A DNA stretch of 62,422 nucleotides, filler included, from Jimgerdemannia flammicorona (taxonomy: Eukaryota): assembly GCA_003990765.1 (NCBI GenBank). It is 3 parts of 3 records of this genome, joined end to end, with 100 filler letters (N's around TTAATTAATTAA, not from the genome) between each part and the next. Parts side by side here need not be neighbours in the genome. Positions count along the whole stretch, not along the records: positions 20,852 to 41,587 come from RBNJ01001597.1; 2 more parts are not named here. One strand, given 5' to 3'. Positions 24,501 through 35,517 of this stretch are shown here, one piece after another. The notes under the pieces are model-generated. The model did no database searches. It saw nothing but the letters and a program-made list of their open reading frames with translations, and had not been told where the DNA came from. Each line of letters starts with the position of its first letter. Position 1 is the stretch's first letter. A program made the position numbers and the translations under genes.

Positions 24501-27400
24501 ACTCAGCATATCCACCCCAGTCTCTGTGAGGATCCCACTCTCCTAAAGGCCCTTCACCCAATCCACATGCTTACCACATACTGTGGGGCAGTAATAAGAG
24601 CCCACTGTGACCGGCTCCCATCCTGAATATATCCACACACACCAGATCAATCTATCTCCCCAGCTCTATATGTCTCTTATCTTCCCTCTGCCTTTTCATA
24701 TCAGAATCTCAACCTTGTCTTTCCAAACTGCTTCACCTCCCTATTCTTTTGTCCATTCCAGTCTATCCAAATCATCTTTATACCTGACATCCTGCAAGAG
24801 GAAAAGATCAGCCTCCAATCCCTTCAGCCAAGTAAAAATGTTCCTGTGTCGATATATACCCCATAACCCATTTATGTTCAATGAAAAAATATTGGTTGTA
24901 CTATTCATATTGAAGTATGGTGTGTTAATTCAGTCCATTCCTACTGCTCCATATTCATCTCTTCCTGCACTATGTCCAGATTATGTTCTGTAGTCACTGC
25001 CTCCTCCTCAGCCCACTGAGTCTCCAGTTCTACCAATAGCTCATTCATCTCCCCATCTGCCTTCTCCTCAAACTCCTCTTGGTATTCCAGGCAGGCCTCC
25101 TGTCAGAGCTGCAATCTATGTCACTTGGCCCAACAGTATTTGGTCCTCTCACCAGCAACCTCTGCTAGCTCAGCCTCCTGCTCCTTATCTACTTCATACC
25201 CTTCCTCCTCTAGATATACCACAAGGATCTCCACCTTCAATGCCAACTCCACACCAACCCTCTGCAGGACCTGTGCCCAATGCTCATCACTCATTACTCT
25301 CAAGTCTACCTCCCCCAGCTCTTTAGCTGCCAGGCTATTCATCATTCTATACATCCAAAGTAAGTTTCCTACCTCCTTCCCTTCTGGGATTGCTGGTCTC
25401 CTGCCATCCAATATCATGGTATCAGCCCCGGCACTCGCAGTCTCATTCCACACCTCCGGGACATCCACCAGTTCCTCCTCTCCAACCACCTCCACCTGTC
25501 CCCCATTCACTACTTCTGGAACTCCAAATTGCACTCGCTGGGCCCCCTTCATAGACACATCCTTCCCCACCCTGCTCTGGGAAGCCAGACCTCTTCTGAT
25601 AAGTAGAGAAGGGGTAGGTGATCCCTCTCAGTCCTCTTCCCAGACCTCAAATATACCATCAGCATATGGGTCACTGCCAGCTACTTTTCTGTCCTCTCCT
25701 GATCCTTTCCCCACACTCCTACTATCTTTGCCAGCCCAGACACTCACTTTGGTACTCCCCATTTCCACCATTCCATCTGTCTCCTTCTGAGGTTGACTCT
25801 CCATCTTGGCCAGTAGCTCCTTCTGCTATTTATATCCTTGAACTTTTTCCCATTGCCCCTTGTCCACTCTAATCTGCTTCCCATCCACTATCTCCAAGTG
25901 TGTTGACTCCTCAAAAGCCTTCCAAGCCTTCGCCCACTGCTCCACCACTCTACCTAGTTCTTCTAGTGCCTCCAGCAAGTCCTCTTCCTCCTCCTCACTC
26001 CCTTTTACTCTCATCACCTTACACAAGATTGCCCCCCAGATCATCTCTAAAGGCCAGTTCCTTGCCTTCTCAGTAGCTTCTTTCCCTGCCAACCAAATCC
26101 TCATATCCATATCTCCTGTCCTGAGCAAGGTCTCTTCCCAGACTCTGAACCCAATATCCACCACCTCTCCATACTCTGTCATGACCTCTTCAACTCTCCT
26201 TCTTATCTCCACCACTGTCACCATGGGCACTTCTTTCACCAACAGTTGGGCCACCCTGGGGTTCTATTTCAGGCAGTGTGCCATTGGGATACACACCTCT
26301 CCAACTATCAATCCAACCTTCAGCACTTCCTCCAGAGGCTTGGCCTCCTCAAAACCCACCTCCACTCTCTCTAATCTCTTCAGGAACTTTACAGATACTG
26401 CTCTAGCCACTTGCTTAGCAATAAGCCCTAGCATCATTTTTGCTATCACTACCAGACCCTGGAAGTACAATGTTACCACAAATGCTGAGATTGATTTCTT
26501 GAGTAACAGAGCCACCACCAGGCCCATTACACCATCTGCCAAATCTCCTTGCCTTCCAAGCCTCAATTGCTCAGCCATATCATTAGTAGTTACATCTGGA
26601 TTTTTTTTCAGATTGGCAGTCCCATTCCCATCAGCCATCACATTTCCCCCAGCCACTACTCCCCCAGCTCCACTGTCCTCACTACCAATGGCTACTCCTT
26701 CATGAACAGCTGTCTTCTCCATCTCCTTGCCTTTCCTTAGCCAATCCTCCAGCCTAGTCATCTGCTGCCTCCCCTTCACTATCTCTGCAAAGCTCACTCT
26801 CCCAGACCCCTGTCCTCCACTGCTGCCTCCTCCCCCTCCTTGTCCTCCTGCCAACAACCCCCTCATACCTCCCCCCAGGCCAGAACCTCTCCCAACCTAC
26901 TGCCAGTTGAAAGCACTAGGTAGTGCTCCCAACGAATCAAATTGAATCAAAGGTCCAATTCGATTTGAAGTTTGATTCAAACCTTAATTTTCAAAATGTA
27001 ATAACTCGACGAATACTCATCCAAATTTAACGTATTTTAGCTTGTTAGATTCACCATATTAATGGGATTCTAACAAGCTAAGGTACGTTAGATTTGGATG
27101 AGTTTACGCTGAGTTATTGCATTTTGAAAATTAGGGTTCAAATCAGACCCTCAATTCGATTCGACTTTTGATTTGATTCGAATTGATTCGAATTGAAAAA
27201 TCCCCAATTCAATTCGACTCATTTAACCCTCAATTCGATTCGATTCGAATTGATTCAACTTGTTTGGGAGCACTAGCACTAGGGCCATCCTGCTCAGTAT
27301 GCACTCCAGATTGCTTGCTGTTTGCCATTGCCTTAGTACCTTTCTCCAATAAATGACTTGAAAGTGTGTTGTAAAGTGTGTGTAACATGAATGGTAGCTG
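21598..27400 (-). mobile_element. Near full-length degenerate L1/Tx1-like LINE (ORF1 + APE-RT ORF2), 3' end lost
   Basis: ORF2 starts at 24908 with MNSTTNIFSLNINGLWG (APE motif). RT motifs GVPQGDPLSLILY and AFADN. C-terminal CFNC..H motif. ORF1 fragments at 25121-26866 are homologous to 35604-37471. Confidence 0.9.
26921..27275. mobile_element. hAT-type MITE inserted in LINE ORF1
   Basis: Perfect TIR TAGTGCTCCCAA/TTGGGAGCACTA. Perfect 8-bp TSD GCACTAGG (26913-26920 and 27276-27283). Confidence 0.92.
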
Positions 27401-27404
27401 AGAA

Positions 27405-28280
27405 AGGTGCCAAATCCTGATGTCAATATTTCCAGTCTTGATAGTGGTTCCCTCCTATATTTGGAAACCAATATCAACCACATTACTGTACTCTGCCATC
27501 ACCTCCTCAACCCTCCTTCTTGTCTCAACCACTATTACTATAGGCACCCCCTTCACCAGCAGCTGAACTACTCTGAGGTCACATCTAAGACAGTACACCA
27601 TAGAGACCACCACTTTCCTGACCACTACTCCAGTCTTCAGAGTCTCATCTAGTGAGCCCACTTCCTCAAAGTCTACCTCAACCCTCTCCAGACCCTTCAG
27701 GAACTTTACTGAAGCAGCTCCAGCTATCTGCATTGAGATAAGCCCTAGGACCATCCTCGCTATCACTGTCAAGCCCCAGAAGCACAAGATAGCCACAAAC
27801 TCCAAGATTGACTTCTTAAGCAATGGTGCTACTGCCAGCTCCATCACACTATCTGCCAAATCCCCCTTCCACATCAGGAACCTCTGCTCCACCTTGCTAT
27901 CAGCCATCACATCTCTTTTTTTTTTCCTGATTCTCCATCATACTTCCATCAGTAGTTCCACCCCCAGCCACAGTACCTTCAGCCCCTATACTCACATCCC
28001 TTGTCTAAATACTATTCCCTCTGCTGATGCTAGTCTTGCCCTTTCTCTCAGCAGCACTAGCCCTAGCTTCAACCAGCCACCCACTCCCCTTCACCTTGTC
28101 TGCAAAGCTAGGGGGACTAGGCCTTCCCCCACTTCCACCTGATACTGGTCCTTCACCAGATCTCTCTCTACCCTTCAACTCTCCAAAGGCCCTCATCTCC
28201 AGTCCATAACCTCTCCCCACATTCTGTCAGCTAAATGCCCCAGATCTACCTGACCCAGCATGCCTATCAGAACTCTTGCT
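27405..28280 (-). mobile_element. LINE ORF1 5' fragment (second copy)
   Basis: ORF 27455-27910 is clearly homologous to the ORF1 segment 26264-26866. Confidence 0.8.
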
Positions 28281-28561
28281 CAATGATATTTTTATAGTAT
28301 CTTTTTTCTAAGTTGTGTTAAAAAATCATTACTTGAAGTTGGTGTAATGTGAATTATACAAGAGGACCCAAATTGACTACTATGTAACCAGAAGAACTAT
28401 TATTGTATCCAGATTGACTATTATACTACTAAATACCAACAAGGATCTCAGAAATCTTAGAAGATTTTATTACTTTTTAACAAAGTAACTGGGGGCTCAA
28501 GCTAAACTACATCAACCTCCAATCTTGGAATTTACCTCTATTGAGCCAGGTATATTACATT

Positions 28562-28579
28562 TGGGGGCTCAACTGGGAA
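28562..28579 (+). promoter_or_regulatory. Primer-binding site, tRNA-Pro-like
   Basis: TGGGGGCTCAACTGGGAA lies 2 nt after the LTR-terminal CA and resembles the tRNA-Pro PBS TGGGGGCTCGTCCGGGAT. Confidence 0.65.
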
Positions 28580-31500
28580 ATTTCAAATTGACATGACTTT
28601 TCAGCTCATAAGAACCCACAGTCAAACTAGATACATTTAATACAATACCAATCTCTGCCACCACAGGAGAACTAGTTATCACCAGTATTTGGACAGAAAG
28701 AGAAGTAATTACCTCAAGACTTGCCAACTACCCAGTATCAGAAAGATCCCAACCAGAACCAGAAACCAGTACAGCCCAAAATCATCAATCAGACAATACA
28801 GACAGCTCTGTTGGAGACTTTGAAGAACTTGTATAAGAACTAGAAGATCTCATTATACAAGTCTGAGATCTTACAGACAGATACCCCATATCAGTCCCAC
28901 CAATCTCACCTATAGAATCTTTACCACCAGCCATTGCAGAATTGGAAGTAGCTTCTATAAGAATACCTAGACTTATTCTACTTTATCCAAGGTCCAGAAC
29001 ACTATTCTCAAGATACTCAAGCACTCTTATCTCCAGTGATAGCTCAGAAAGTAAATCAGAATCAGAAGAAAGTGATAATAAAATGGCCACCTCATTACCA
29101 ACCTTTGCAGGATATCCAGAGAAAGACCTCAGAGAATTCCTTGATGGGATTGAAGGAATTGCAGCCCTGAGAAATCTCTCAGATGAAAGAAAAATCACCA
29201 TCTACAAGGCCCAGCTCAGAGAACTAGCCAGAGGAATTTTCTATTGAACAGCAAATGACCCAGATTCAGAACTGATAAGACAGATACAAGCAGTAGCATC
29301 TTATGAGCTAGAATATGTGACCATAGTCTGCTGGCTCATTAAAAAGTATGCAGGAAATGAAACCTGCCACAAGGCTCAAGAATCCATCATGGGGATAAAG
29401 ATGAATCTTAGAGAATTACCCAGAGCCTTCTTCACAAAAATCCAGAAGAGAATGCATATAGCTAGGTTCAATGCTACCAATCAGAATATCATAGGTCCAA
29501 TGACCTTCATGAATGAGATTCCCCTGAACATTGTCCAGCATATCCACACTCTAGACATCAGAAGGTCTGAAGAACAAGTAAATATAGTCCAAAGATTCTT
29601 TGATGTCAGACAAGGAACTATCTGGAGTGATTATGACAAGAAAGAAGATAAAGAAGACATCCTAGTCAAAGCCCTACAAGGACTCCTTCAAGGACAGGTA
29701 AGATCTGAGGAAAGAAGGCCAGCCAAAGAAGGAAAGAAGGATAGAAGTGAAATCCAAGACCTCAGCTCTAAATTGGATTAATTGATTGGGCAGATTGAAA
29801 AACTCACCACATGCAAAAATCAGAATTATCAAGACAACAGAGGATACCCATCCCAGAGGAGCCAAGGCTATCTATCAAGAGATAACAGGAGCTACCAGTA
29901 AGAAGAAAGAAGATACTCTGCCCAAGACAGAGCCCAAGTCCAATACTTCTACTGTGGACAATTCAGACACTATACCACTGAATGTAATAACAAAAGAAGT
30001 AACTGAAGGAACTCAGAACCATCAAACTGAAGGAATGATACTCAGTACAAGAAGACTGAAGTCCATTCTGTTGAAGATTTCAAAGAAGTAAGCAACAGTG
30101 AAGACTACAGTAATCTGGACTTGTACCCTACCAAGGTCACTATCTGAAAAATAGTCTACCCAGTAGAGAAAAGAAAGAGATCTGTAGGAAGGCCATCCAG
30201 GAATATCAGCAGAAGAATCATCCAAGAAGAAGATGAAAAACATAAGGAAGAATAAGTAGAAATATCTCTCCAAACTCTCTCACCTTTTGTCTCTGAGAAA
30301 AATGAGCTACTACCAGAAGATGAAGAAATAGAACAAAAAGAACAGAAACCTACTGCTCCAAAGCCCAAGAAAAAGTACACCCTAAAGACCATGTCTAGAG
30401 ATATCTACAATAAAGCCTGACAGAAGATTCAAGAAGCCAAGATGGAGATTCCCCTTCTGCAGTTCCTGCAACTGATACCAGCTGGAGTTTGAAACAAATT
30501 ACTGAGGATCACCAGGTCTAGCACTGACCGAGTTCCTATCCCACAGCAAGAACCAGCCCCCATATCTATTCAGGCTGTAGAGAGACATATCAGCACCTAC
30601 TTATATGGATATATTGGAGGACAAAAGGTGAAAATTCTCATAAATATAGGAGTAGCTATCTGTGTCATTACTAAATGATTCCTGGACACCCTCCAATGGC
30701 CCATTGATGGACAATCTAACCTCAGCATCATAGTAGCAGATGGAGCCCAAACTCAGCCCCTTAGAGAAGTATGAAATATCACTATTTCTCTTGGACATAT
30801 TCAGTTCTCCATCCCAAAGCTGTTGTCACTGAAGCTGTCATCTATGACATAATTCTTGGTACCAACTGGATGAAGGAAATGAATGCAGTTATTGATATCA
30901 GTCAATAAGTACTTAAGTTTAACTACTGAGGCAAGAAGTATAGAGTCAAGGTGACCAGCTATGAGTAATCAAAGAAGAAGAAGAAGATCACTATTCAGAA
31001 GGAATATGCCAGTAGCAAAGAATCTACCACAGAAGAGGAGGAAGAATCTGAAGATTAAGATGATCCCAGACTCAATCTCTGAATTAACCTGGTGGATGAT
31101 AGACCAGAAGACAATGTGTGGGTCAAGAACACTGTCCCCATTACTATCAGAGCTATTGCAGGAGAAATCAAAGAATGCCCCACGTGCCTCAAGAGATATA
31201 AGTGCCCCAAGCACTCCTCCATGATCATTGGGATAAGGAATTCACCTGGCATAGTCTGCCCAGAGTACAGAAAGAAGAAGAAGAAATACAGACATATTCC
31301 AGAAACACCTGCAGTCAAAGCTGCAGAAGTACAAGCAATTTGGGGCCAAGAATTATCTGAGAAAGAAGAAGCTTCTGACTAAGAAGTTCTTGAACAGAAG
31401 GTACCTAAAGAAGAAGAGGTTCTCAAACTCATTCTCTGGAATGACCCTCACTGGACACCACCTGAAGATAATGACTCTTGGAATATGGAAGAAGGGCCCA

Positions 31501-32246
31501 GCATAATCCCCATTATTCCCAAGAAAGAAACTCACTAAGAAAGGGCATTTTGGCTAGGAAGATATCCACACCAAATAGTCTTCCACTCTCTCTAAGACTA
31601 CTGCTATCAGTGCCATCTACTAGACCAATAGAAGAGACAGAGGCCCTAGAGACCAGAACCCCCAAATATAGTTACATAGTCAACTATCTTTCAAGAAATC
31701 ACTACTAAGCTGCAAAGTTAATTCAGAGGATAAGGCTTCTTCACCCAAACAGAAATATACCCATTGTCTACCCTTCCCCAAACTTATGACCAAGATGGGT
31801 ACTGATTTCTGAGACAACAAAAGATCAATAACCAGGAACATCATTTCTGAGCAATGAGATATTGCAACTATGGAAGACACTCAGACTACCAAGACTGTAG
31901 ATATCAGAAGATTCACTACAGTCATGATGTTGCAGTCTACACATTGAAGAGAGGATACAATAGAAGCCAGATCTGAAAAAGCCAGACCAAGAAGCCAGGA
32001 AGAAGGACTCTCAAGATCTATGATTTAAGAGAAGACATCCTAGCTCTTATTAGATATACAACCTACTAAGAATGGATAGAAGATGCTACCAACTTCATAG
32101 AAGCCCTAGACCCAATAGAAAGAAGAGGAATCAACTATCTCCAAGACCCTTCTACTGGAGTCAGATGGCCACACCTCAACTTTAGAGCCTGGAGGCTTTC
32201 TGCTAGTGGAGCTTCAGCCCAAGGATAGCCAAAACTCAGTAAGGAT

Positions 32247-32658
32247 ATTACCCAGTATGCCCTGCTACATCCTAAGGCCAAACCTCTGACCAAAGCCCAC
32301 CCAGAAGATATAGAATATGATCTTCACAGTCTGGAAGATGAATCCATCAAGCCTGAAAAGACATTCATGATCAGAACTAGACTAGCTATGCAGCCATCAC
32401 AAGGAACTTATATCCAACTGATCTCAAGATCTGGACTTGCCAGAAAAGAAATAACTATAGAAGGAGGAACCATTGACACAGAATATACAGGTGAAATCAA
32501 GGTCATTCTATACAACAGTAGTATAGAATGGCACCAAATTATTAGAGGACAGAAGATTGTCCAAGCAGTCTTCATAAAGATCAAGACCCCACAACTATAA
32601 GAAGTCTCTGAACTGACTGAAGGAACAAGACAAGCCAAAGGATTTGGAAGTTCAGATA
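32247..32658 (+). pseudogene. dut: Retrotransposon-encoded trimeric dUTPase domain
   Basis: All five motifs are recognisable: (I/E)YDL, RSGLA, GTIDTEYTGEI, GQKIVQ, RQAKGFGSS. One in-frame TAA at 32598. Confidence 0.88.
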
Positions 32659-33388
32659 AGAGAAAAGTATATCTCCTTCAAGTCAACTACCTCAAGAGGA
32701 ATGTTCTTCAGCAAGTGTACTACCAACTAGTCAAACTATATAGGAATCTCATCCTGGAGTCTAGAGAGCAAACTACCTTCAAAATCATTATACCACCTGA
32801 CCCCAGAAATCTTTTCTTTGAACCCAATGAAGATATCCTACACTTGGATATAGAAGGATACACATTTCCCAATAAGATAAATCCAGTACACTCCCAAGTA
32901 ACCAACCAAAGTTGGGAAACTATCATTTTGCCAAAAAGAACCATCATAGGACACCTGATGCCTTTTCTCAACTGAACTCATAGGGAAGTTTATGAACTAA
33001 ACCTATTGGGAAATGGCAAAAGGTCTCAGAAGAAAAGAAAGGCCCCTCTGTGACTCAGGAGATAGTGAAGCCTTCTACCAATATTGGAGAAGAATTGACA
33101 CCTCAACAATAGTAATAACTAGTAGAACTTCTCAATAAATATCAAGATATCTTTACCACTGATTATGGCAACCTGCCATATAATCCATCATATCACTACA
33201 GCATAAATATAGGAAATGTAACACCCATCTGGCAGAAATTCTATAGAATATCCCATCACTTAAAAATATTCAAAAAGGAGTATATTCAAGAACTCTTAGA
33301 CAATAGAGTCATCTAACTCTCAACCAGTCCCTGGGCCAGCTCTATACTTATTGTACTAAAGAAAGGGGGATAGAGACTCTGCATAGAC

Positions 33389-35340
33389 TTATGACAGGGT
33401 ACAGTGGAACTAATTGGAGGCAGTTCTACGGAAGGTTGGGTTTGATCTGGAGGAGGCTCGAAAGCTGATGGGTCTGATGCGAGGTTGTCGGGCTGCAGTG
33501 TTGATGAATGGGTGGAGTGGCCCGGAGTTCCTCTTAGGGTGAGGTGTGCCACAGAGAGATCCTCTCTCACCCCTGCTTTACATTTTATCTTTGGAGCCCT
33601 TATTGGCATGGTTGAAAGGGAGACTTACCAGATTGAAAATGGGGGATGTGATCTGGAAGATGGGGGCTTTTGCAGATGATATGGTAGTAGGGTTAGGCAG
33701 TGTGGAAGATGTGGCGAGCTTACAGGAAGGGATAGGACAGTATGAGATGCTGGCTGGAGTGAAGCTGAACTGGGGCAAGTGCAAGACTATGGAGCTTGGA
33801 GCTGGGTTGGGGGAGCATGGACATTTTGGACAATTGGTTAGACCTGGGGAAGCAGTTCGATATCTGGGCATCTGGTTCTCAGTTTATGGGATGGTGCTAC
33901 CAAAAGAGTGGTGGTGTGGAATGATACAGAAGTGGGAGAATGCCTTGGTGGGCTGGTCTGGGAGGGGCTTCTCCTTGGTTGAGAGGATTGTAGTTTTGAA
34001 TGTATATTGGTTACCGAAGCTGTGGTACTTGGGGTACCACCTGGACTTTCCAGGATGGGTGGTTCAAAAGCTGAAGAAGGTGGTCGAAGGATGGCTGTGG
34101 CAGGGAAGGAGATTGCAGATTAGCTGGGAAATTATGGTGATGGTGAGGGCAGATGGCGGTCTGGGGTTGGTGGACTTCAGAAGGCAGCTGAAGGTGCTCC
34201 GAGGCTGGTGGGGTTGTCGGATGGCAGAATTAAGAGGGGAGGGCTGGAGCAAACTGGCTATGGACAACTGGGAAGTTCAGTTCTGCCCCCGGAGCGAGGT
34301 TCGGAAGGACATGCAAGGTTTGCTCCAGGTTGGAAGGGTTAGCAGGTTGCGTTATAGGGGATTTTGGTGGGGTATTGTAGAAGCTTGGCTGGCAATGGGT
34401 CTCATGGGCCCAGAACCTGATGAAGAAGAGGAGGACCCAGATCGACGATGGTGGCAACTTGGTGGGATTCATATTGGCGGCCACTCATTGGTGGAATACT
34501 CTTTGTTGGGGGCGATGGAGTGGATCTGGATGGGTCCACTTGAGAGGTGGCCGGTTGGTTGGCAGAAGGCTGGGTTTGGAGAAGAATGGGAGTGGGGTCG
34601 GGTTTGGGGCTGGGGGATCTCTCTACTCAAGATTGCCCTGCCCAAGTTCTGGGTAGTATAGTGGTGATTTCTGTGGAGAAATGTCATGCTGGGGTACAGG
34701 ACAGGGTGGATGGTGGAAGACGATGTAAGGGAATGTGAGTGGTGTTGTGAGCTGGATGGGGGAGTAGTGCAGATGCTGGAGCATGTTCTGGCAGCCTGTC
34801 CAGGGGTTGAAGGATTTTGGCAGACATTGGAGGGTTATTGGGGAGAGGAGAGTGAGTGGGCAGGGGGCCCCACTTGTCAAGTGATCAAGTGTCGCCTGGT
34901 GGGAGAAATTGGGGACATCTGGGGAGGCCTGGGTCGGATTATCAGCATCTGGGTACTGATGGTGGTACACTGGCGATGGGTATTTGAGAGGGATCCCTGG
35001 ATGGGTATTGGAGAATTGGTGGAGCAGTGGAAGGGGTTACTCTTGGAAGTGGTGCAAGGGTGGTGGTATCAGGGGAAGAGGCACTAGTTGGGGGCCATGA
35101 AGAAGGTGTTAGACATTGTTCAGCGAAGTTGGGAACACCTTGTACTTGGTGAGAAGAGGGTGAGGTGGAAAGAAGGGGTGGGCTGAATGGCCCTTCTTTG
35201 TATTATTATGAATAGTAGTAGGTTGGGTTCATTGTTGTTTTAAAGGTAATTGTAGAGATACATGGATAGTGTTCTCTTCTAGACTAGTGGAATAAAGGAG
35301 TCCAAGCGACTATAAAAAAAAAAAAAAAATAAAAAAAAAA
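33389..35340 (+). mobile_element. 5'-truncated L1/Tx1-like LINE (RT C-half, CCHC, poly(A))
   Basis: Begins at YDRVQW inside the gypsy RT. Motifs PQRDPLSPLLY, AFADD and CEWC...EHVLAAC. Ends in gactat(A)n. Confidence 0.92.
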
Positions 35341-35517
35341 GTGAAAACTTGAAAATGTATTACTTTTTGCAAAAAGATGCCCATGTGGCTTAGCTCGCCT
35401 CGAATGGTTTGAGCAAAAGAAGTCCTGAGAAAGGACTTCTTTTGCTTGAACCATTCAGAGAGAGCTAAGCCATACAGACATCTTTCAGTGAAAGAAAACA
35501 CGTTTTCAAGTTTTTAT
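35341..35517. repeat. Long imperfect inverted repeat (about 86-nt arms, 5-nt loop) at the LINE 5' end
   Basis: Arm 35341-35426 ends ...gagcaaaagaagtcct. Loop gagaa. Arm 35432-35517 starts aggacttcttttgctt... and ends ...ttttcaagtttttat. Confidence 0.9.

Larger units (their letters stand above)
28343..33388 (+). mobile_element. Degenerate Ty3/gypsy LTR retrotransposon with dUTPase (LTR-PBS-gag-PR-extra domain-dUTPase-RT start), truncated by a LINE
   Basis: LTR TGTAAT...ATTACA at 28343-28559. Gag MATSLPTFAGYPEKDLREFL at 29082. Decayed CCHC knuckle 29944-29985. Protease ILI(N)(I)G(V), a mutated DTGA, at about 30643, plus ILGTNW. RT start SPWASSILIVLKKGG*RLCID at about 33325-33388. Confidence 0.88.

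Noticed and set aside
25125..26705. Long Ser/Thr-rich plus-strand ORFs (also minus-strand 35785-36648)
   Set aside because: Antisense shadows of purine-rich LINE ORF1.
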